Shown here one piece after another: positions 28,012-40,600 of a DNA stretch of 64,000 nucleotides; position 1 is the stretch's first letter, and each line of letters begins with the position of its first letter. Source of the DNA: Octopus sinensis (Eukaryota); contig NW_021833022.1 of NCBI RefSeq assembly GCF_006345805.1, forward strand, positions 1 through 64,000, read 5' to 3'. A program made the position numbers and the translations under genes. The notes below the pieces were generated by a model that was not told where the DNA came from, did no database searches, and saw nothing but the letters and a program-made list of their open reading frames with translations.

Positions 28012-31000
28012 CTAGAGGGAAAGGGACAATATATAATATATATATATTCTGTTTTTAGAACATCTTGAAGCACTACATAAGAGTATAAATGCCAGCATGT
28101 AATTATTGGCTTAGAAGTTCATTTTACAACCATGATGACATGGTGGTGGAAGAACCAGACCTCCACCCATAAACAATCTAAATATCTATTATCCATACCT
28201 GTGTGTGTGTGTGTGTGTGTGTATGGTTTAGTGAAGGCAGATGGCTTAGGGATTAGGATATTTGGCTCATGATTGTAAGGTTGTGAGTTTGGTTTCAGAT
28301 GGCATGTTGTGTCCTTAAACAAAACACTTTATTTCGCATTGCTCCAGTTCACTCAGCAAAAATGTATTGTATTTCAACGGGCCAGTTTTGCCACATTCTG
28401 TGTTACTCTTAACCTCCTTGAGAGCTACATTAAGGGAACGTGTGTCTGTAGAGTGCTCATCCACTTGGCATGTTAATTCCATGAGCAGGCTGCTCTGTTG
28501 ATCAGATCAACTGGGGCCCTTGTAATCTAGTATGTGTGTGGTTAGAAGTGATAGTAAGGAAGTTTGACCACAAATAATCATACATGTGTCATATGAAATA
28601 TTTTCTTTCTTACAGTTCTGATGGAATTCCATTTATTTTACATGACGATACGTTACGACGGACAACCAATATTGAAGAAGTATATCCTGACCGAGTGGAT
28701 GATGATGCTTCTATGTTTAAATTTGCTGAATTGCGAAAACTCAACGCTGGAAGTTGGTTTTTGGAGGTAAGTTATCTAAGAGTATTTAAAGTTTCTTGTA
28801 TGAACTTTATTTTTTAATAAGTTTTATTTATTTCTAAAATTTTCTGAAAATATTCATAAATATAGAAATACAAATTTCTTATGATTATCATCATCTTGGT
28901 TTAAACATCCCCTTTTCCATGCTTGCATGGATTAGGAAGAGTTTATTGAGGCAGATTTTTACAGCTGGATGCCTTTCCTGTCACCAATCCTGACCTGTTT
29001 CCTAGTCATTTGATGTTCTTAAAATCCTATTATATTTCTATAATTAGATATTATTAGGAATTGTATTAAAAAAATTGCTAAAATATTTTGTTTATTGTAG
29101 AAGTATAAGCATTTTTTTGCTCATAAATTTTAACAATAAAGTCTTACATTGACCCCAGTTGAGAGCACTACTGTATGTATGTGTGTATATATGTGTGTGT
29201 GTGTATGTATGTATGTATGTATGTATGCATGTATGTATACACACACACACACATACCCTCAGTCACACACTTGTAAATGATTAAATAAACTGGTGCAGAT
29301 TCTCCAAATCCAATCTGTTAATGGCACAGTGAAGATTTGTAAGACATTCTCAGATTGGAATGTAAGACATTTGAGATTCTTTAGGAGAACAGATGCACAC
29401 CTCAACCTCATATTTTCAAACACTGGAAACTCTTTTGACTAAAAAGTCTTGTTGCTTTGTTAGTAACGAGCTTGAACTCTCTTAAGAAGAAAATGAATAA
29501 GGCTCAAAGAAAAATCATATACATACACACAGTGAACAATAAAAATGAAAATGCAAGAGGAACAAATTTTAACAAATGCAGTGTTAGCCTAATGCTTCAA
29601 TGAAAAGAGAGAATGTCTTAATGTTTTGGACAATAGTCCTTCATCAGAAGAAAAGAAAGAGAAAAGCATATAGGGGAGTGAGAAAGAGACTCTGTGACTA
29701 TTGTATATTTACTAGACACCTTACAACATCTACTTGTTGGTACTTTTTATTCGTTTAAACCAGTTATATGATTAAATATTGCCTGTTACGTTTTCTTTAA
29801 TCATGCTAAACTTACTGAAATTTATAAATAATAATAGATATGGCTCACTTTTAGTTTTAATACCAACAATTTGTTATAACACAGTCAAAGCATGGTTAAA
29901 AAGCAACACTTTCCCAGATCAGCGGCTAATACTAGAGTTCAGAAAATGTGTGGGTGGTATCTTGTGTCTCTGTTATATTGAATTTTGTGACTGGAGTACT
30001 GAGACAGCTGAGTGTGTTATTTAACTTTACTTTAATCTTACTGCTAGATTTTTTCCCAGCATATTTGCTGTCTGTTCTAAATTTATTTCATATGTTCTGC
30101 ATCATTTATTGTATGATATCTTTAACTCCTTAACATTTAACTAGGCCAGATCCAGCCTCTCACATCTACTTTACAATGTCATTCCATAGATAAGTTATCG
30201 TATTATTGAAATTTAAAAGTTGCAAAATAATGCACAATTAATTCAAATCAATGTAAATAAGCATTATATTTGACAGAATAAGGTGGTGAGCTGACAGAAT
30301 CATTAGCATACTGGAAAAAAATGCTTAGCAGCATTTCTTCTGGCTTTACATTCTGAGTTCAAATTATCGTTTAGAATCTGAGTTTGTTTAGTAAAATGAG
30401 TCAACTGTGTCATTCATCCTTTTGGGGTTGATGAAATACTCATCAGTTTAGCATTGGGGTTAAGTTAATCTAGTCCTGCCCCAACAAGATTTCAGGCCTT
30501 GTACATTTAGTAGGAAGGACTATATTTGACAGAGTAATCTGAATGCTAACAGGATTAAGTATTATCTATTTATTTTATAAACAGAAACTATTTTTAAACC
30601 TGTGTGCATGCGTGTGTGTGTGAGAGAGAGAGAGAGCGTGTGTATGTGAGCATGTGTGTGTGTGTGTTATGTGTGTGAGTATTTGTACATATATATATGT
30701 GTGGGTAGTTGTTATTTCCACTTCTTTGCATGAGATTATCTAAATTAATTAATTATAATAATAATAACAACATTAAAATGAATAATGATATGGTGTTGTG
30801 CTTACATTAAGTCTCATAACTTTGAATTTTGGAAGTAGTGAAATATAAAAATAACATCTGTACTTGTAATATAATTAAAGGTTGGTGACAGGAAAGGCAT
30901 TCGAATATAAAATACTGTCTCAAATAAGTACATGTCTAACCTAAGCCAGTTTAGAAAACCAAATATAAAATAAACAACTAAACAAATGAATAATGCTTAA

Positions 31001-34000
31001 GCTTACTTCATGATATTCATTACATTCTCAATCTTAAATTTCTACCAGTTAATCCTTCCCAAAGCCAAGAATTTTACTAAACAGATTCATATTTTATATG
31101 ATAATTTTCTTTCTCAAGTTTACTGTACTGATCCTATTTTCTTATATATATTTGTCTGCATATTAGGAAGATCCAATGGGTGTAGTTGGATCTCTTACTG
31201 ACAAAGCAAAGGAAATCTACAATAACCAAACCATTATGTCTTTGGAAGAATTGATTGACTTAGCACACTTGACAGGAAAGAATGTTTTAATAGATATACG
31301 ATCCCCAGTCAAGGAAAATCGTTATTATTATACAGTTGAGAAGCAAGTTATTGATGTGATATCGAAAACTGGAATTCCTCTTAAACAGGTAAATTTATTT
31401 ATATTAGTTTTCTTATCATTTGCATCTGTATGAAATATGCTAGTTTTGACATGTCAATTAGTTTCTGTTATTTATATGTTGATAGATGACATAGTTTCCT
31501 TCCTTGTAGGGAATGCTTTATGAACATTATTGATATCCTGGATAAAAGTTTGCACTTAAAATTCAAAGTTCTAGCAATATTAACATATATTTTCTCGTAT
31601 ACAAGTTGAATTTTTCAAACCAAAAGTTACAGCCAAAAAACGATAGTCAACTTATGCTGGACAACTTTTGAGAACCAAAAGTTCTATGTGAAATGCAGCA
31701 GGATTTGGAATGAAATGTTTACATTGTGTTTACACGATATACAACATTAACTTTTGTACTGGAAAATGATGGGCTCTCCTGCTGAAGATGATGTATGAGT
31801 GTTCAGCTTTTTTGCCAAACAACCTGCACAAATGGATTGTGTATACTGATCTAATGTATGTGTTGTACATTAGCTCACTCCCTCCAACAAATCGATGTTG
31901 CCTGAACAGGCACATGATGTATCTCGTGTCAGGTGTTGAAGTGATCACAGAACAACGCGAGATGAAGTGTTTTGCTCAAGACAACAATGCACCACATGGT
32001 CTAAGAATTGAAACCTCAATCTCACAATCATAAATGTAACACCCTAACCAGTAGGGTATGTGCTCTCAGGCTGGAAAATACAGTAGTTAATATTGCTAAA
32101 ACTTATAACATGAATCTAGAGTGTTTTCCTTTTATGACATATTCTTCAAATTATTTATCTTCATGTAAAATTTTTAGCAACTACTGTTAGTAATATACTC
32201 TCCCTAGCTTGTGATTTTGCTAATATAATAGTTTGTAGTAGAGAGGTGGTATTGTCTGTTGTCTAATGTTGTATTCATAATGTTTAATGATGTTTGGTTG
32301 GCAGTAGTTTTTTAATATTAGCTCTGACACATTTGGAAACATCAAACCAAACTTTTCTTCTAACACTTTTTAAACACAACTGCTTGTGCTACGATACGCT
32401 GTTTCAACTCTTCTATTATTGTCCCAAATCCTTTCTCTTTGACTAAGTATCCTTCCGTGAAGCAAGATTTGCATCTTGTGTTTCCTAACTTGTTTGTTTC
32501 CCAGCCTTCTATTCTATTCAAATCTTTTAAATACAATTACTACGTCTATAATTGATTTGTCCAATATGTAGTTAATATAATCCCAATTTAATGTGGTAAG
32601 TTAGCAGAATTGTTTGCATGCCAGGCAAAATGCATAGCACTATTTTGTCTGCCTTTACATTCTGTGTTCAAATTCTTCTGAGGTCAACTTTGCCTTTCAT
32701 CCTTGCAAGAACAATAAAATAAGTACCAGTTGAGTTGCTGGGGGTCAATGTAATCAACTTACCCACCTTCCCTGGAATTGCTGACCTTGTGCCAAAATTT
32801 AAAACCAATATAATCCCAACTAATTTTATGAATAACCTTTTGTCCTCTGTTTCACTTTTTATAGATTTGGTGGTTCTCAAAAGTCTATCATTCAGCATAT
32901 ACCACCAATTTTACACAAACTGGGACAAGTTATCTACCAGTTGAAGATCTCGTAAAATTGCATATCTCTAATTTCAATGCTAGGTATGATACACTTAGTG
33001 AAGATGAAATCCTGTAAGTTTTAATCTTTTTTTTTTATAGCTTTGTCAATTTATCATTATTCTTTTTCTCTATACTTATTTATCCCATGTTTCATTACTC
33101 AGTTATTCTTGCTTTTTTTTCTTCTCAAATTTCATTTTCTTGTTCATACTCTTTGAATTTACAATTTAAGTTAATTTACCTTGAACATTCAAACAAACAT
33201 TAAAAATGCCGCTGCAGTTAATGTCTATGTTGTATATACTTTGAATTCTTTACCAATTTGATTCTGGTATTTACCTGTTATTTACACTGTTGAGAATCAC
33301 AGCTGACCAAGTGAATAAACTCGTCATGTTATTGATAGCTTGATATGTTACTGGTAGTCAGTAGTGTATAGTAATTATCATCATCGTTTAACATCTGTTT
33401 TCCATGCTGGCATGGGTTGGATGGCTTGACAGGAGCTGGCCAGCCAGAGAGTTGTCCAGGCTCCAATTGTTTGTTTTGACATGGTTTCTGTGGCTGGATG
33501 CCCTTCCTAACACCAACCACATTACAGAATGTACTGGGTGCTTCCTACATGGAACCAGCATGAGTGCATTTTATGTGGCACCAACATGAGTGCATTTTAC
33601 ATGGTACTGGCGCCTGCAAGTCAAGCACCTTTTGGCTGAGCAAGGGAGTGTGGGTGTGGCCCTAAAGGATATCCCTATATGTATGGATGGCTGAGATTTT
33701 ACTTAGCTCGACGTGTTTTCTGAAGTACAGCGAATGCCACAAGTCTTGATCCCTTGTCATCTCCTCATTGAGGCCCAGCATCTGAAGATCCTTTCTTGCC
33801 ACTTCATCTCACATCTTTTTGGGTCTATCATTTCTACAGATTTTTAGTAAAGATATTTAATCATTTAAACTGATATATCAATGGAAAGGTTAACTCAATT
33901 GTTACCGTATTTCTGTCAAAATACACTGCTATTTTTTCAATTAATTTTGAAATAATGAAGAATTTAGTAAAATAATTTTATCATTATTAAGCTGGTGTTT

Positions 34001-37000
34001 GGAACATAAATTAACAGAACAATTTGAAGGAATGTATAGATTTAGATCACATTAACTCTTTAACATTTCAACCAACCATATTTGACACAAATATTCTACC
34101 TGTTTTATGTTCAAACTGGCCAGATCTAGTCTCTCACATCTACCCTGTAATGTCATTCAAACAATAAGCAATCTGAATAAATGAGCATTACATTTGAAAC
34201 CTGAATACATTTGAATCTGAATGCTAATGAGTTAAACATGATAGAACTGGTGGTAGTCTCTGGTGGGTTGTTACCAAAAGGGTTAATGACAGTTGTCTCA
34301 ATTCAGGGATTCATCTTTTATCTTTTATTTGTTTCAGTCATTAGACTATGGTCATACTGGGGCACCAACTTGAAGAATTTTAGTCAAGCAAATCAATCCC
34401 AGTCCTTAGTTTTTTTTTTTTGTTAAGGCTGGCACTTATCCCATTAGTCCCTTTGCCAAACAACTAAATTATATGAGCATAAACACACAATACCAGTTGT
34501 CAAGTGTTGGTAGGGTACAAAGACAGACAGACACACACATACACACACTTATATATATGACAAGCTTCTTTCATATCTATCTAACAAACCCACTCACAAG
34601 GCTTTGGACAGTCCAAAGACACTTGTCCAAGGTGCTACACAGTGGGACTGAACCTGGAACCATGTGGTTGGGAAGCAAACTTCTTACTAAGTCTGCACCT
34701 GCAAAAGTTTAGTTTGGCTATTTACCTTTGTTAGCCAGTTAATGTTGATTGTAGGACCCACTAATGTGTTATATACTATGGCATAAATCTATAGAGTTAA
34801 AACATATTTAGACTTCTCTAACTGGTGACTATTTATTTTCATTTTTATTGTTTTCAGACAATATCTTGAATCCAACATTACTACTAATGTCTACTTGGTT
34901 AATACATACTGGCTGTTTTCCCTGTATTGGTGTCTGGGTGTACAATCTGTAACAACAGATGAATGTCACGTCCTCAATAAAATTGAAAAACCATTATGGC
35001 ATTTGGTAAGTTTAAACCAATTTTTTCGAAGTTTCTGAAATTTTGTGTCTCATTTTATGTTTTGCATTTAGTTTGAAATCTCTTAGGAATCTGTTTCTCA
35101 TTCTAATATGCATTAAAATTTACAGTAATTTAGTTTCTTACAATTAAGAAAAATAAGCATCTTTGATGATGATGATGATAATCATGTTACTACTGCTGTT
35201 GCCACCAACAAATGATAATAATAATCCTTTCTACTACAAGAACAAGACATGAACTTTTGGGGGAGGGGACTAGTTGATTACATTGACGCCACTGTTTCAT
35301 TGGCACTTAATTTATCAACCCCGAAAAAATGAAACGCAACATCAACCTCAGCAGAATTTGAACTCAGAACATAAGGAAGATGAAATGAGGCTAAGTATTT
35401 TGTCCATTGTGCTAACGATTCTGCCAGCTCACTGCCTTATTATTAATAATAATGATGATGAGGATTTCAAATTTTGGAACAAGGCCAGCATTTTCAGGGG
35501 AGAGGCAAGCCAATTACATCAATCACAGAGTTCAACTGGTACTTATCCTATTGATTCTGAAAGAATGAAAGCCAATGTTGACCCTGGCAGAATTTGAACT
35601 CAGAACGTAAAGATGGATGGAATACACCAAGCATTTTGTTCAAAATACTATTAATTCTGTCAGCTTGCCTTGTAGCATATAATAATATGTGTAGCTTATA
35701 GAAGATAGCAATGCTATGCACCACACACACATATTATGTGGAACACTTTCAATTATGTGTTTCAATTAATTTCTAACATAATCATAAATTTAGTCTGGTT
35801 TCATTAAACAACTATAACTTTTTTATTTATCAATATATTAACGTGAATTTTGGAAGATAATTTAATGAAATGTTCTCAACCAATCTATACTATAATTTTT
35901 GTCACAAAGTGACTCTAATTGCAGGTAGATACAGGTAAATTCAACAAAATATAAAATTATTAAAATTTTGTTCAAACATCGCTATAGAAAATGGGTTATT
36001 AGCTAATATTCAGTTGGGTATACAATAAAATTTTACGATAGAATTTGTTATTCTGGGTAACTTTCTGATACCCATAATAATATTTATGGCAAAATAGTCT
36101 TAATTTCACTAACTATCCTTTCTTTCATTTTGTTTACATTTAGCGTAACGGTTCGTTTCCGCCGTAATGATTTCAAATAGGCTCATTCGAAAAAGTAAAA
36201 AGAAATAGTCTAAGGCTTTACTCTTCTGGGAAAGTCTGTGGCTTGGTCCAGTTTCTTCAGAAAAATCACCGAAAGAAACAGTTTTTAAATTTTCACTCCA
36301 TTCAGGTGCCAATTCATTTTCTTTATCGCTGTCGGAGCTCTCCGATTCACTGTTTTCACTTTCGGAAAATGAAACATCAGATTCATTATCAAATACCACA
36401 TGCTTTTTTTTTTTCAGTCATAGAGTTAGATTTATGAAGGTCTTCAGTAGAAAATCCTTCGAATTCTGACTCACTGCTTGATATAATGAAATTCGTATCC
36501 ATTTTTTGTCAGAATTACAAATTTTGAAAACACAATAGGAACAAATTTCGGAAAAAAATCTCCCAAAATTCACGGAATTAAAATTACACTTCGATTTTTG
36601 TACAAAACTGTAGTTGAACTCTTTACGAAGTATAATACGTATTTTCACGAATGTACTAAAGAGATTTGCTCTGATATTCTCATTTAAATATGAATAGGTA
36701 AATTCGGGCGGCTTTGGGCGGTTTGGTCACATTAACCAAAATTTGGTAACGAAAGGGTTAATGTCACTGCCCAAGCAAAAAACAAAGCCAAAAAAAAAAA
36801 TGGTGGACATATGACAACTACATATGCATTCTGCACTGCAAATCTATACCTGAAACATACAAGGATAATGAAACAAGCATGAAATATCGAGAAGAAAAAA
36901 TACTGATATAAGGAACACAACTCACACTATACACACAATGCACAATACAAACACTAATACAACGAAAGACTACAAATAATGAAACAAACTAATGCAATAC

Positions 37001-37607
37001 AATATCAAGAAGAGGTTGCACTCCCCACAAAAAAGAACACACAATGCTACACATACCCCAGCAACATGGAGGTGTAGTAGGTGATGCAGTAGAGATTTTA
37101 CCTGAAACTACCAAATGTTGAATAATAATAATAATAATTATTATTATTATTATTATTATTAATTCTACTCTAGGCACAAGGACTTGAACATTTTTTGTGG
37201 AAGGGTGCTAGTTGATTACATTGACCCCAGTGCATAACTGGTACTTATTTCATCAACTCCAAAAGGATGAAAGGCAAAGTCAACCTCAGTGGAATTTGAA
37301 TTCAGAACGTAGCGGCCGCCCAGTGTGCTAACGATTCTGCCAGTTTGCTGCCTTCTTAATAATAATAATAATTATAATAATAATAATAATTTCTAAAATA
37401 GGTACAAGGCCTGATATTTTTGGGCAGGGGACCAGTTAATTACATCAATCTCAGTGAGTAACTGGTACTTAATTTATCAACCCCAAAAGGATGAAAAGCA
37501 AAGTTGACCCCGGTGGCATCTGAATTCAGAACGTGATGACAAAGACGAAATACCGCTAAGCATTTCACCCAGCATGCTAACTATTCTGCCAGCTCTCCGC
37601 ATTAATG

Positions 37608-37650
<43 letters not shown>

Positions 37651-40600
37651 TAATAAAATAATCCTTTTATGTTGTGGCATCAGTCCAGCAATTTTAGGGG
37701 TAGGGGCTAGTTGTTTGCATCAACCTGTGCTTCACTGGTATTTATTTTATTGCCTCCCAGAAGAATGAAAAGCAAAGGTAACCTCATTAGAATTTGAACT
37801 TGGAACATAGAGAGCTGCTAGACATTTTGTTTGACATGCTATCATATTTGCTTGTTCATTGCCTAAGTAATACTAATAATAATAACAGTCCAAATATTTA
37901 ATTTTCCTTTATTTTATCTTCCAGACTCCAGGAACATATCTTATGACATGGGTTTCAGTTGATATAATATCTGCTATCATCATCATCACCATACTTATAG
38001 TACAATGGTAAGTCAGTGTATTAAATATTTTGGTGTGACCAATTGAAGTATCTTTGAAATATCAATGTTCCTTATTATCTAAATACCTTAAATTGGACCC
38101 AATTTTGAAGTTTCTATTTATAAGTTATATAATTTATATTATTTATAACATATTCACAAATGTTTAAGCATCCATTTATCATATATGTAGTTTCACTGGT
38201 AAATTTTACTTTTATATCTCAATATCAAACCTGTCTTGTTTTATATAATTCAACTTGTGTGAATTATATAATTCAACAACGAAAGAAACAAACAGAAAAC
38301 AAGACAAGCAACATGAAAAACTACCCTTCATCAGTTGTTGGCTGTTTTTCTACTTCATATTTCAAGCATTTCACAACAAAGCAAATTAAATCAAATTTGG
38401 GATTTTGCGGAGGCTCAGAGTTGGTAACAAAAATAAGACAGTGAAAACAGACAGGAAGGGCTGCTAAGCCTAGACGAGTTGGGTTGGTGAATGTGGATAA
38501 ACAAGCTCTGACAAGAGACAGACAAGAATGCATCCAATCCCTGTGACTGATCAGAAAGAAAGAAGGAAATTCAAGTTAGGAGAAGTAAGATGGCTGACGG
38601 TCACGTGTGAGCCAGGAGAGAGCAAAGGCAGAAAAGTGAGGGAGAGAGAGAGTGGGACAGACAGAATGGCGAAGGGGAGAGGAATAGACGGATGAGAGAG
38701 GAAAACGAAAGGGAGAGAAGAGGAGATAAAGAGAATAGAGATGAAATGAAACAGGGGAAGAAAAAGGATAGAAAGAGTGTCTCATCAATATTATTAAGAT
38801 AAAACTTACTTGGAAATGGATGTGTGGCATTCAGTCATATAATAATATAAATAATATATAAAAATATATATGCATGCATACATATATATACATGCACATA
38901 TGGGCACAGGACACCATGGAATGTACACAACATAAAATAAACATAAAATACAAAAACAGAAAACTTATCTTGTTGTGAAATGCTCGAAAATGCGAAGTAG
39001 AAAAACTGCCAATAACTGACGAAGTGTCGTCTTTTTCGTGTCGCTTGTCTTGATTTCCGTTTGTTTCTTTCTTTGTTTGCAAACAAAGTTCAAATTCCAT
39101 GTTGTCGTATTTCATATGTTTTATATTCATTTTATGTTGTTTATGTTCCATGGTGTCCTGTGCCCATATGTGCATGTATATACAAATATGCTCATTACCA
39201 ACCTTCACCTTACTGACAGCATTCCTATACAGGGCTTGTACACTGCCCGATATTTTAAGCATCTCAGTAGTGATTCCTGATGGGCCAGGTGCTTTCCCTG
39301 TCTTCATATCCTTAATTGCTTTATCTACCAGGGTACTGTCGATGCGGGTAGTTGATCCCTCAGTTGGGTCGACCTTTGGCAGACTCTCCTCCTCCCATTC
39401 ATTCTCCACATTCAGAAGTCTTTCATAATGGCATTTCCAAGCCTCTTTCTTTACAGAATCATTAAATGCAAGGGCACCATCGTCCATGCAGACACATATC
39501 TCTCCTATGACTTCATGGTTTTCTCTCACACACTGTCTTGCAATCCAAAATACTTCGGTTCTCACATCGCTGAACATTGACAAACTTCTTTTCTGCTACT
39601 CCCTTGGTTATATACACCTCTCTCCTAGCTTCCCTTTTGGCTATCCGATACAGTCTCCTGCTACTCCCATTCTTCCAGGCATTCAAAGCCTGTTTCTTTG
39701 CTTTAATGGCCCTGTCTACATTATTGTTCCACCACCATGTTACCCCACGTCTGGAAAGGACTTTGCACCAGCCACAGATTTGGTTTGTGGCACTCAGCAA
39801 GCTGTCTGACAGGAATTTCCAGTTGTCTTCTATGTCACAGGACTGTAGCTCCTCGTCCCTCTCATCAAATTTCTCGGTAAGGACTTCCCTAAATTTCCAA
39901 TCATGCAAAGGGTTCTTAACCTTCCAAGTTCTTCTTTTCCAGATTGGTCTGCTTTTTGGCATCCTTCTGGCCTCGAGTCTAAAGTCACTAATAACTAGTC
40001 TATGCTGGGGGTATATTCTTCACCAGGGAGGGTCTTTGTATTTAAGAGTTGAACATTGCCCAACCTAATCTTATTCTCACAGCTATGCTCTTGGAACAAC
40101 CACCTCCACTACTAACCTGGTCGTCTAGATATCAGAAGCTATCTACTACCTCTAGCTTAGCCCGCTGGCAGTTGAAGGAGTCTATTTTCCTTACATGTTC
40201 AGCATTTATTATGCCTGTGCACCTTCCACATACAAAAGTTAGTTTCTCTGTTAACTTTACTTTAATGTTGCTGCACCATTTCTGTGTCCAAAGCTTACAC
40301 TGGGTGCATCTTATGGGAGTCTCTACCTACACTTTTTCTACTGATTGTGCAGGGCCATCTTCCTGAAGGGAATTGTGATTTGTCTACCTTCCTACTTACT
40401 ATGACTTGGATTTTCGCTGGGTTAAATCTAAGGCCCTTTGATTCTAGACCTTGTTTCCATACCTGGAACTTCTTCTCTACCTCAAGTAGTGATTCAGCTA
40501 TAACAGCAAGGTCATGAGCATAGAGGACTTCCCAGGAACAGCCTGTCTTGAATTCCTCCATTATTGCCTGGAGGACTATGATGAACAAGAGAGGGCTCAG

